IMG/VR virus record: IMGVR_UViG_3300031237_000273
Span: 2,579 to 66,578 of that record
Reading direction: 5' to 3' (one strand)
Origin: a virus
Length of the DNA: 64,000 nucleotides
Made by a program: the position numbers and the translations under genes. Below are positions 20,226 to 28,638 of the stretch, in pieces (the first letter of the stretch is position 1; each line of letters begins with the position of its first letter). The notes beneath the pieces were generated by a model, which did not search any database, was not told the origin of the DNA, and worked only from the letters and a program-made list of their open reading frames with translations.

Positions 20226-20709
20226 CTTCATTGCTAATGGCGCCGAACCATTTTTTAACTCAAGCAACCCATACTGCCCAATGATTAGCGGAATACCATG
20301 GAGAGATTATTTATCAGGGAATTACGAGACCACTTCCCCATTGTCCCCCAACATGGTTGGAATAAAGTTCATATTTGCGAAACAAGTGCGAGACCCAGCT
20401 TCGATGTATAATGTAGATCCTGGATTATGTTATGGCACCCATTATATAAAGGACGCTCGCCCTAGATTCCCCAGAGGCTACCTCTCCTATAGACTGTATG
20501 GATATGAAAGGAGAGAGTCAAATGAGCAGATGGCTAAGCTATCAATGGCGAAATCGGGGCTGGGAGGAGACCCAAACAGATGGGAAATAAATGTAGATAG
20601 TCATATCTTCATTTACAACTCTCTTGGCGAAATTTTTGACAATAAAGGAAGAAGGGTAGGCCAGATGTTTTGCTATACAGGAAACGATTGTGGCCAGTAC
20701 AAATACTAA
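20158..20709 (+). CDS. Putative exported hypothetical protein (start uncertain)
   Basis: Signal-like VICLLACSFIANGA; overlaps the upstream gene; low GC. Confidence 0.65.
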   Translation: MCRSNIQLVGLRFVQVICLLACSFIANGAEPFFNSSNPYCPMISGIPWRDYLSGNYETTSPLSPNMVGIKFIFAKQVRDPASMYNVDPGLCYGTHYIKDARPRFPRGYLSYRLYGYERRESNEQMAKLSMAKSGLGGDPNRWEINVDSHIFIYNSLGEIFDNKGRRVGQMFCYTGNDCGQYKY

Positions 20710-20760
20710 TAGCTCAGATTATTTATGATCATTGATGGGCAATAGCAATCGCTGTCTGGC

Positions 20761-20784
20761 ATCTGCTTTGGGTCGACCGCTGCC
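20761..20784. repeat. 24-bp site (GGGTCG core at 20770)
   Basis: atctgc-ttt-GGGTCG-acc-gctgcc. Confidence 0.75.
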
Positions 20785-20816
20785 GGTCACTACCTAGAAC
20801 CCACAGCTTTTTCGGC

Positions 20817-20902
20817 GATGGATTGGACCTACTATTCACAGCAGGCCTGAAAACAAAGGCCTACAAGCCTACCCATTATCCACGTACCAATTTCGTACCA
20901 GC
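20817..20902. repeat. att-like remnant
   Basis: cgtaccaa-ttt-cgtaccag at 20883-20901; homologous to 18870-18956. Confidence 0.6.
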
Positions 20903-21095
20903 ACCGTTCGCCGCACGATCAAATTCGACCTCTTTTCTTTTCTCGGTAGCAAATTTTAAGCAACCGTTTTCGGCTTCAATCATGAGCACTGTCGCTACTG
21001 TCAAATACGTTGGTGCATTGGCGCCCAACCTCCATGAATCCACCGATCCATGAAGTGTTCAGCTGCTACGCTTTCCTTTTCACGGAGGAATCGCG

Positions 21096-21305
21096 ATGCC
21101 AAATACAGACCTGCTCCCTTCCCTGCTGTACAAAATCAATGAAAACCAGCTCGCCCTAGAAGCGGCCATCCTGGAGCTTTCCAATTGGGTCGAGGCCCGA
21201 GGCTCGGCCGACGTCGCCGACAACGTACGCGGCGCCCTGGATATGATCGACAAAAATGAGGAGTTCATCAAGCTGACGCTCGCAGTCCTAATGACGCCTG
21301 AGTGA
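21096..21305 (+). CDS. Conserved 69-aa hypothetical protein, copy 2
   Basis: MPNTDLLPSLLYKINENQLALEAAILEL...; GGAGGA RBS. Confidence 0.85.
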   Translation: MPNTDLLPSLLYKINENQLALEAAILELSNWVEARGSADVADNVRGALDMIDKNEEFIKLTLAVLMTPE

Positions 21306-21490
21306 CAGTTATCGGCCCAGGCTGTGTGAAAACGTTTTACAGCTAGTTTGAAAGTCGGAATCGGAACGAAAATTGTGTTCCTACGTAAATTTTAGGTCTG
21401 CTGACTAACCGAACACCGACAGATTTTACGTAGCAACGCAGACTTCAAAACGGCGCATGCGTTTTCACATAGCCTGGGCCAAAAGCAGAC
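21304..21490. repeat. 24-bp site (CGGCC core at 21313) interrupted by a MITE
   Basis: gacagt-tat-CGGCC[MITE]A-aaa-gcagac. Confidence 0.8.
21318..21476. mobile_element. MITE (159 bp)
   Basis: 17-bp TIR caggctRtgtgaaaacg (1 mismatch); GGCC duplication. Confidence 0.85.
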
Positions 21491-21562
21491 GCTCAAACTG
21501 GCGAACACGGATAATGGGCTCTTGATAATATTAATGTTTTATCAGTTGCAAAAGGATGCGCG

Positions 21563-22522
21563 ATGCTTAATCAAGATAGATATTGCTTAACGATTAATGT
21601 CCTTGATCGAAATCCTGAAATTGAAATATCAAGGGAAAAATTTGAGGATATTAAGCAATGCACTGCAACATTAAGCGCTGCATTAGCTGTCGAAGAGAAG
21701 TATGAGCTTATCACCTGCAACTACGTGGAATATGAGCAAGACCTTTTGAACTGCGCCCTAGCGCATCAGTTGCGTTTCTCAGCTGACTATATTGACATGT
21801 TCGATGAAATTACGAAATTCAACAGACGAATAACAAACATATTAACTTCGACGCGCATGTACATGGATCACATGCCGAGACATTTGGGAAAGTGCTTGCC
21901 AGCCGAGGACAAAGCTGAAGTAGAGTTGTTTTTAAAGAGACTCACGCACGGGGAATACGACGCATACTTTGAATATGCTTTCCTCGAAGCTTTGAGAAAC
22001 CATCTCCAGCACGCAGGCCTATGCGTTAGCCAGGTAACATTAGACAACAGAAATTATCCGGTAGACGACGGGGGACGTCTATGGGAAAACCGCACTCTGG
22101 TCTTCACCGATAAGAAACTGCTCGGTGGGAATCCAGAATTTAAGAAATTTGTACTGAATAAAATGCCTGACAAGGTAGAGCTAACAACAGCAATCAGGGT
22201 TTACATCGGCTGCATTTCTCGAATACACGATAAAATTCGCGATAGAATTCAAACATCAGTTGATGCTGCTCGCGCGTCACTTGAGGAAACGCTCAAAAAT
22301 TATAGCGACCAATGTACATCACCAACCAAGATGGTGCATGCCAATCGTTATTCATCTACTCAAGACACCCCGGAAGAGGTCGTACTGATCTTTTTCGAGT
22401 GGGACAACATCAGAATTAAGTTGCAAAATAAGAATATGAAGAAATCAAATCTTTCGCGGCATTACGTCAGTAATCGTACGAATACAACAACGATCCCACC
22501 TGCCACGGGTAGTCCTAGCTGA
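21563..22522 (+). CDS. HEPN-like hypothetical protein
   Basis: EALRNHLQH (RxxxxH) and NILTSTRMYMDH helix; low GC. Confidence 0.75.
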   Translation: MLNQDRYCLTINVLDRNPEIEISREKFEDIKQCTATLSAALAVEEKYELITCNYVEYEQDLLNCALAHQLRFSADYIDMFDEITKFNRRITNILTSTRMYMDHMPRHLGKCLPAEDKAEVELFLKRLTHGEYDAYFEYAFLEALRNHLQHAGLCVSQVTLDNRNYPVDDGGRLWENRTLVFTDKKLLGGNPEFKKFVLNKMPDKVELTTAIRVYIGCISRIHDKIRDRIQTSVDAARASLEETLKNYSDQCTSPTKMVHANRYSSTQDTPEEVVLIFFEWDNIRIKLQNKNMKKSNLSRHYVSNRTNTTTIPPATGSPS

Positions 22523-22628
22523 TTTAGCGCCGTCCACGTGAGCGGAGTAATTGACGTGGACGGCGTGTGGGAGTTTCACCATTGGTTTTCAAAGTCCCAC
22601 ACTTCTGGCGGGTGCGGACGTTCACAAC

Positions 22629-22719
22629 GGTAGCTATTGGCTGTGTATACCGTTCGGGTGTGGCTGCTTTTGGCCGAGAGCTGCTTGTCGCGGAGGGCTG
22701 CAATCGACCCATAGCGGTC
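22629..22719. repeat. Array of 24-bp sites
   Basis: Cores TGGCTG 22638, TGGCCG 22671, CGACCC 22705. Confidence 0.8.
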
Positions 22720-22725
22720 ATCACC

Positions 22726-22923
22726 TTACCCGCCACTGGTATGGATGAGTAAGGCTATGAAAACCACGAAAGATGCGAATAGCACCAAGCCGCCGACGGC
22801 GACTGCCCAGCCCCAGGCAAAACCGCTTTCTCCCTTGAAACGGCCGCCACTCAGCCAGCCAAGCACGTAAACGCCAATCCTATGAGCCAACAGGTTGATT
22901 AAGATATCAAAGATGAAATCCAT
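22726..22923 (-). CDS. Small membrane protein (65 aa)
   Basis: MDFIFDILINLLAHRIG...; GAGGA RBS; hydrophobic. Confidence 0.65.
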   Translation of the reverse strand: MDFIFDILINLLAHRIGVYVLGWLSGGRFKGESGFAWGWAVAVGGLVLFASFVVFIALLIHTSGG

Positions 22924-22955
22924 TTTTGATCCTCGTGGCTCCTTGTCGGTTTTCT

Positions 22956-23047
22956 TGAGCGTTCTAGCCGAAAGCAGCCCTTGTGCAATGTCCGCTCTTG
23001 GCCGAAAGCAGTCTGTCACTACGGGCCGGATACGATCCGTAGAAGTT
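22956..23047. repeat. Array of three 24-bp sites (34-bp period)
   Basis: Cores TAGCCG 22965, TGGCCG 22999, CGATCC 23033. Confidence 0.75.
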
Positions 23048-23152
23048 ATTCGCAGACGTGTCGCACATGTGAAGTAAACATCATGTTCTATAGCCGCAGG
23101 CTTTCGGTTGCTGAGTATCTCCTTACCAAGCTAGATGCGATGGGGCAACATT

Positions 23153-24205
23153 CTAATCCTCAAGAGATTTCAGGAAATATATTATGTCCTCGATATCATC
23201 TCTAGTTAACAGCACCCTTGCTTCCTTAGACTGAAGCTCCTCTTGATTCATATATTTTTCCTGAGGTAAATTGTTATGTAGGGCGATAAAGTCAGCTAGA
23301 GAGCTGGTAATTGCGTTATGTCCATATTGCTTTTCAAATCCTTCAAATGGCTTCTTGGTAACATTTCTTAATGTTGGAGTTTTGAAAAGTGCCGTATCAA
23401 CCGGTAATCCGTCGACCTTTTCAAGGCCGGGCTCTCTTGGTAAAGGTTGCCCAAAAGCCTTATTCCAAAGAGCTGAAAGTGGCTCGTTATTAAGTAGGTT
23501 AACTCTATGTAGAGAGTAGTCAGAAAATAATGGAGTGTTATGCGGCTGTATAAGATGGCAATTCTGGCAGCCTGCTTTATTAAATCTTTCAAGTCCTCGC
23601 TGTTCGGCGGAGCTCAATATGTATTCACCTTTTAAATAGGTGTCGAATTTTGATGAGAATCTATTTACAGTGCTGCTGACTTCAAATGCGGTCAAAGCAT
23701 TTAAAGCAATATTAATGATATCTTCGGGTGCATCTAGGCAGGAGTATTTTCTCGGCGCTATATTGCTAAGTAGCTTACTTGCATAGGGTCGTCTCATTAA
23801 TTTTTCACATAGTTCATATGGAGTGCCAACATTCATTTCGTGAGCAGAATATAATGGGCCCTTAGCTTGCTCGCTTAGGCTGTCGGCACGACCGTCCCAG
23901 AAAAAAATTGATTTGTGTTTGCTGTGATTTAGTGCTGCTGTGTACGCAATTGTCTGTGTGTTTCTCGCCAATGGTGGTATAGCGGCAGAAGATCCTGAAT
24001 TTACAACCGCAGCTAATCCGCTCTGTGAATAGGTATAACCTGTTTCTGGGGCGTGGCACGTACTGCAAGAGATTCCTACTGGTTGAGAAAGAAAAGGATC
24101 TGAAAATATTTCTTTGCCTAAAGTTGTTAAATCAGATTGGGGGGTGGCAACTGAAAACTCAGTAAACGCTACCGTTATGAGTATTGCCACCCCTATCTTG
24201 TCCAT
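23153..24205 (-). CDS. Di-heme cytochrome c peroxidase/MauG-superfamily protein
   Basis: CSTCH and CQNCH heme motifs, RN, FFWDGRA, FKTPTLRNV; signal peptide. Confidence 0.9.
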   Translation of the reverse strand: MDKIGVAILITVAFTEFSVATPQSDLTTLGKEIFSDPFLSQPVGISCSTCHAPETGYTYSQSGLAAVVNSGSSAAIPPLARNTQTIAYTAALNHSKHKSIFFWDGRADSLSEQAKGPLYSAHEMNVGTPYELCEKLMRRPYASKLLSNIAPRKYSCLDAPEDIINIALNALTAFEVSSTVNRFSSKFDTYLKGEYILSSAEQRGLERFNKAGCQNCHLIQPHNTPLFSDYSLHRVNLLNNEPLSALWNKAFGQPLPREPGLEKVDGLPVDTALFKTPTLRNVTKKPFEGFEKQYGHNAITSSLADFIALHNNLPQEKYMNQEELQSKEARVLLTRDDIEDIIYFLKSLED

Positions 24206-24213
24206 TGTGGGCT

Positions 24214-24903
24214 CTATTGTTTTAGCCCAATTTCTTTTAATGCATCATGAACACTGCTCATGCGTTTTGGTAAATTTTCTTCACTCATTGAATCCGGCAG
24301 TTTCTGCAGCTTGAAGGTTTTATATTTTTCCGTTGCAGGTATGAATAACTGCTGTACCCATATGGCCATTCCTGGTTGTCCATTTATGTTAATATTCGGG
24401 TTTACTCCCATTGCAACATCCCCCGCAACCTTAGCTACCCACTCTACTTTTCCGTCTTGAGTTTCTACTTCTACCGGTGGATCCTCTCCTAGGTATAGAG
24501 TTACTCCATCCCATGGTCCAAAGAAGAAATGGTAGACGCCGGGTTCCGATATGGTGAACTCAAATTCTACTGATTTGTATTCAGCGGTTGCGTCGGATAT
24601 CCGCATTTTTATGATTTCTGCATTCTTTACAACTCCGCTCTCTAAGCTGGAGCTATTTACAACACCTGCTACCAGTCTGGTTGCACTAGTTACTAGAAGT
24701 GGAACTTCTGTTTTGTAAGTAAATTTAAAAGTTGTAGGGGTGCCGGGAGCCTTGGGTTCTAAAAATGCGGAAGCAAGTCCGGCGGTTCCAAAACCAACGC
24801 CCAGATTTTTATCAATTAGGCTGCCTCCGTGCCAAGGATTACCCTTGTGAGCCAAGGCAGGTACGGAACACATCAGAATTAGTAACGCGACTAGTATCTT
24901 CAT
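24214..24903 (-). CDS. Exported protein with mature N-terminal His (putative partner of the di-heme enzyme)
   Basis: MKILVALLILMCSVPALA|HKGNPWHGG; FEFTISEPGVYHFF Ig-like motif; 8-bp gap to the next gene. Confidence 0.8.
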   Translation of the reverse strand: MKILVALLILMCSVPALAHKGNPWHGGSLIDKNLGVGFGTAGLASAFLEPKAPGTPTTFKFTYKTEVPLLVTSATRLVAGVVNSSSLESGVVKNAEIIKMRISDATAEYKSVEFEFTISEPGVYHFFFGPWDGVTLYLGEDPPVEVETQDGKVEWVAKVAGDVAMGVNPNININGQPGMAIWVQQLFIPATEKYKTFKLQKLPDSMSEENLPKRMSSVHDALKEIGLKQ

Positions 24904-25077
24904 ACTTCTATCCCTGATAGCTGAAAAGTCAATTGACTAGGAAGCGCTGCTAACAGCATTGATACTAGCGGCCTCCTTAGTGTAGTGCGCGTACGAAATC
25001 CTGCAAATAGCTAAGGAGTCAGCCTTCGAACTTCTGCTGAGCAGACACCGTGCTAGCTATTTTTGGGCTTCGGCTAT

Positions 25078-25135
25078 GACCGCTTTTGGCCGATTGCTGC
25101 CTGTTGCGAACGACTGCAAAGGGTCGGAACGGATC
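25078..25135. repeat. Pair of 24-bp sites (34-bp period)
   Basis: Cores TGGCCG 25087 and GGGTCG 25121. Confidence 0.8.
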
Positions 25136-25273
25136 ATTGGGCATGACCTTAAGTTGGGGTGTGGATAGAGATTTGAACCCCGTCGTGCGCTCCTGAGGGC
25201 CGCTCAGCACCATTAAATGCGGCGCTTTCGTACCCCATCGGAGGCTTACTGCGGCCGGCGGCGGCCTTGAATT

Positions 25274-25292
25274 TGCCCTAATTCTGCCCTAA
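25274..25292. repeat. Arm-site-like direct repeat
   Basis: tgccctaa-ttc-tgccctaa (11-bp period). Confidence 0.5.
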
Positions 25293-25393
25293 ATATTCCC
25301 CACCCCGCAGAGCTGAGCCGAATCAAATCGGGAGATAACTGGTAACCGCGATACCCCATCGTACTGCTACCCTCTCCTTACTATTGAGGAAAG

Positions 25394-25608
25394 ATGAAGC
25401 CGAACTCTCAGATTTGCTACCTTCCCTGCTATTCAAGATTAACGAAAACCAGCTCGCCCTTGAAGCAGCCATCCTTGAGCTTTCCAACTCGGTCGAAGCC
25501 CGCTGCTCGGCCGAAGTCGCCGACGACGTTCGAGGAGCCTTGGAAGCCATCGATCGGAACGAGAAGTTCATCAAGATGACGCTCGCGGTGCTTATTGCAC
25601 CGGATTGA
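25394..25608 (+). pseudogene. 69-aa ORF copy 3, probably frameshifted
   Basis: RBS GAGGA plus ATG 25394 is out of frame with SDLLPSLLFKINENQ because of an extra CT (aactctcagat); an alternative TTG at 25384 keeps the frame. Confidence 0.65.
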
Positions 25609-25965
25609 CTGACATATCAAACGATCAATCGCCGAGTGAGCGGCCAGTCTTGCTTTCGGCGCTTGTTCTCTTCCGAAAGAAACGGACGGGCTGTAATCGA
25701 GACTGGATCTAGTGCCAACTGAATCGCGCCAATAAAACAGCTTCATTCGCAACACGCACAACCACACGACTAATCTGGACCAACGCAGGGAGATGACGTA
25801 GGACTTGGCTGCACATCATCACAATGGAAGTAATGTCCTCCGTAATTTTTACTTGCTGCCATCGCCTCATTCACCTGTGTAGATGTGTCAACAGCTGCCC
25901 CCCCTAAAACACCTGCCAGAGAGCTTAATTTTACTTGCAAGTAAGGATCGTAAAGTCAGCATGAA

Positions 25966-26457
25966 CTATTTTAACAGTTCAACCCTAACTTTATCTGGCA
26001 AACTTTCTGGATTTACTTCACCACTCTTCACAGCGTTCTTCAGCATCTCTCGAAGTATAGGTTTCGTAAGTCTGGTGGACTGATTATCACTCACCTTCTG
26101 CTTTACTAACTCAGCAACAACTTTTAATGCAGCATGATCCAAATCTACAATATCTCTGTGTAAGCCTTTATAGTCCTCTGCTATCGTTTCACCAGGAGAA
26201 GACTCAAGTATCAAATTATTACTATCAAGCTCTTCTGCAGTCAGCGTTATGACATCGATGGTCTCAATACTTGTGAGCGAGGCAACCAGTGCCAGCAATG
26301 CTTTGGGATATTCTTCATCACTGTCAGACTTCCATACTGACAATGTATTATTACTCGTTCGCAGGCAAGCAGTCACCGCATCAGCACTGATATGATCAGG
26401 ACCTATCGCCAATGATTGCTTCCACTTAGCCAAACTAACCTTCCTTATTAGCTTCAC
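25966..26457 (-). CDS. Hypothetical protein, possibly ADP-ribosyltransferase-like fold
   Basis: LIRK...ADAVT..LRT.NNTLSVW pattern; last gene of a coupled three-gene operon. Confidence 0.7.
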   Translation of the reverse strand: MKLIRKVSLAKWKQSLAIGPDHISADAVTACLRTSNNTLSVWKSDSDEEYPKALLALVASLTSIETIDVITLTAEELDSNNLILESSPGETIAEDYKGLHRDIVDLDHAALKVVAELVKQKVSDNQSTRLTKPILREMLKNAVKSGEVNPESLPDKVRVELLK

Positions 26458-26458
26458 T

Positions 26459-27157
26459 TCATAACTCTTTAAGATATGTTATCGTTTGTTTTCGATAGTC
26501 ATCGAGCCATGCAGCTGCCATGACAGAATTTTCAAGTATGTGGACACCGTCTTTGTGCCCCCAATTCTCAAAAGCTCGTATCCCTGCCTCAGCAACTTCA
26601 AAATCTTTTATCACGAGCGCAGCCATAGCTTGAACCTGAGCGTGAGGATATACACTTTCGTAAGCTATACTACTAACCGCCTTCAACAAAGCCAGTTGCA
26701 AATTTTTATTGCCTACCGCTTTAATGAAAATATGGTTGAGTACTCCTCCAAAATCAAAGTCGTGCTGTTTAGACCATTTTTCAATTAAATTATCGCTATT
26801 CGAAGATGTACCGTACTCTAGGATTTCAGAGCGTGCGACCCGGCGAAACTCGTGAAAGTAAGTATCAAACTTGCTACTGTTTTTGGGTGCTAGTGTTCCA
26901 ACTTCGCTCAAACTAGAACGAAAAACGGGCTTGTCGTCCTGCCTCTTCACAGTTACAACTTTCGGCTCAAAACCCAAACGATACTCATACCCGTTTGATT
27001 CGCTTTGGCGCCCCGGAAAAACATCTCCAGGCCGAACTGTAAAAAATAAACTTCCTACTGGAGAATAAGGAAGCTGTGAAATATTGTGGCTGTTAAAAAC
27101 CGACGACTTATTACTTAAATCAGCGACAGCCAGAAGTTCCTCAGAATCAGGCCTCAC
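26459..27157 (-). CDS. Hypothetical protein (disordered N-terminus, helical/HEAT-like C-terminus)
   Basis: Likely GTG start 27157 with GGGAG RBS, overlapping the upstream stop; EVAEAGIRAFENW. Confidence 0.7.
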   Translation of the reverse strand: MRPDSEELLAVADLSNKSSVFNSHNISQLPYSPVGSLFFTVRPGDVFPGRQSESNGYEYRLGFEPKVVTVKRQDDKPVFRSSLSEVGTLAPKNSSKFDTYFHEFRRVARSEILEYGTSSNSDNLIEKWSKQHDFDFGGVLNHIFIKAVGNKNLQLALLKAVSSIAYESVYPHAQVQAMAALVIKDFEVAEAGIRAFENWGHKDGVHILENSVMAAAWLDDYRKQTITYLKEL

Positions 27158-27848
27158 GATATTGGCGCTCCCAAGAATTGAACACGTCAGTCTGGATATC
27201 TCTGAACTTCTGCAAGAGTGGAAGAATATCACCCAAAGTGTATCTATTCACCGTATTTCTGAGGTCGGTGCCAACTTCCGATTTAAAGCGAACCTTGTCA
27301 AATGCTGTTGCGTTACCATCCTCATGAATAAAACCTTGAGCGCGAGAAATCTCAGTAAGCTTCAATAGGGTTTCGCCCCCATTTTCATCAATAATAGAAC
27401 GTCTCAAAAGCCATTCAATTGGCTCCGGCGCCCCATCTTCAACCATCAACTGCAAACGCGCTGCTCGTATTTTATCCGGGTTATCGTCGCCCATCATTTT
27501 TTCTTTTACGAGAACGCATCTCGCCACTCTGAGATCGAATAATGGAATCAACCCTTCAACGAGTTCTTGTGCCAACTGCAAAAAATCTCTAGTCTCAGGA
27601 AACTGTGGATTATAATTGCAGGCCATTATTATTTGATTAGTATTAAAGTTTACCGACAAAGTTTTTCCGTCAGTAAGGGACATTCTATTGGTACTGCGTC
27701 CATCGAGCATATTAACCTCTTGCACGACGTTTGGAATATATCCCTTTACTCCAAAAACCTGCAAAAGCTTTAAAGTGTTTTCATTACTCATTGGAACGTC
27801 GACATTTCCAAAAAGCAAAAGTTGCTCATTTACTATGACGTCAGTCAT
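27147..27848 (-). CDS. Hypothetical protein (TIGR04255-like pattern, tentative)
   Basis: Low-GC ORF, ATG 27848; beta-rich pattern. Confidence 0.7.
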   Translation of the reverse strand: MTDVIVNEQLLLFGNVDVPMSNENTLKLLQVFGVKGYIPNVVQEVNMLDGRSTNRMSLTDGKTLSVNFNTNQIIMACNYNPQFPETRDFLQLAQELVEGLIPLFDLRVARCVLVKEKMMGDDNPDKIRAARLQLMVEDGAPEPIEWLLRRSIIDENGGETLLKLTEISRAQGFIHEDGNATAFDKVRFKSEVGTDLRNTVNRYTLGDILPLLQKFRDIQTDVFNSWERQYREA

Positions 27849-28259
27849 AAAACACCATCCATTTGCGTTTTCATTTGATTGCCACATCATTAGGACATTT
27901 TAATAGTGCCATTTAGCCATCCAGTGTAAGGCTCGGTTAGCGAGAAGGCACGCATTTTCAACAGAATCTCATATCGTGTACCCTATTTGAAGGCTTGGCA
28001 GCTACCAACATGATCATAGACTAGATGCCGCATTACACCTTCGCCCGAACTGGCTCGTGAATGGCTAGATCCGGCCACCCCAAAGGAGCGCGCCGAACAG
28101 ATGGTAGCGCTCAAGGCGAACCGACCTAGGCTTTCGAGTGGTTCAAAGTGGACCGGGCCATCGGCAACGTGCGTAACCAAGGTCACTATTTGATACAGCC
28201 CGCTGAGGATGCTTTTAAAGACGATGACTTGTTCTAAGACGGCGCCAGCGATTTTAGTC

Positions 28260-28456
28260 GCTCTTCCAGCGCCGTTTCTTTCATATGTGATGTACAACCG
28301 CTCCGCGTCGCCGTCCCTCAACGCTCCAGCTACCTCCATCCCAAGCCCCCGGGCACCCGCTTTCACCGCGACAATCATCGAATCGGCTCGCCCAATCTGT
28401 GCCAACTAGCGCTCAGCTTCCCGCTTCATCTTACCGCCGAGCTCTACATTTTCCAT
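28260..28456 (-). pseudogene. Degenerate small phage-end gene
   Basis: MENVELGGKMKREAER*LAQIGRADSMIVAVKAGAR: in-frame TAG; 3' end approximate. Confidence 0.45.
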
Positions 28457-28638
28457 GGCTGCGACCCTCTAACTTGACGTCCAATACATCGACAACAATA
28501 CGACGGTAACCCAGACGATAGTCATCAGAAGCAGCTTAGCCATATGCGTTTTTTGAGTCATCTGAGGGGTGAGCCACGTGTCGAGTATGCACAAGATTTG
28601 CGTACGATCATCCCAAGGCACTGCCAGTTTCAGAAACA

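Noticed and set aside
1715-25135. 34-bp periodic repeats as a CRISPR array
   Set aside because: Linkers are only 10 bp and semi-conserved, arrays have 2-3 units with switching orientation, and no cas genes are present
25156-25185. tRNA/tmRNA-like GGTTCAAATC fragment
   Set aside because: Only a T-loop-like word, with no acceptor stem or CCA; at most a decayed att core
25609-28100. 24-bp sites bracketing the three-gene operon
   Set aside because: Only isolated CGGCCA words (e.g. 25641) without convincing arms or 34-bp spacing; not counted as a module
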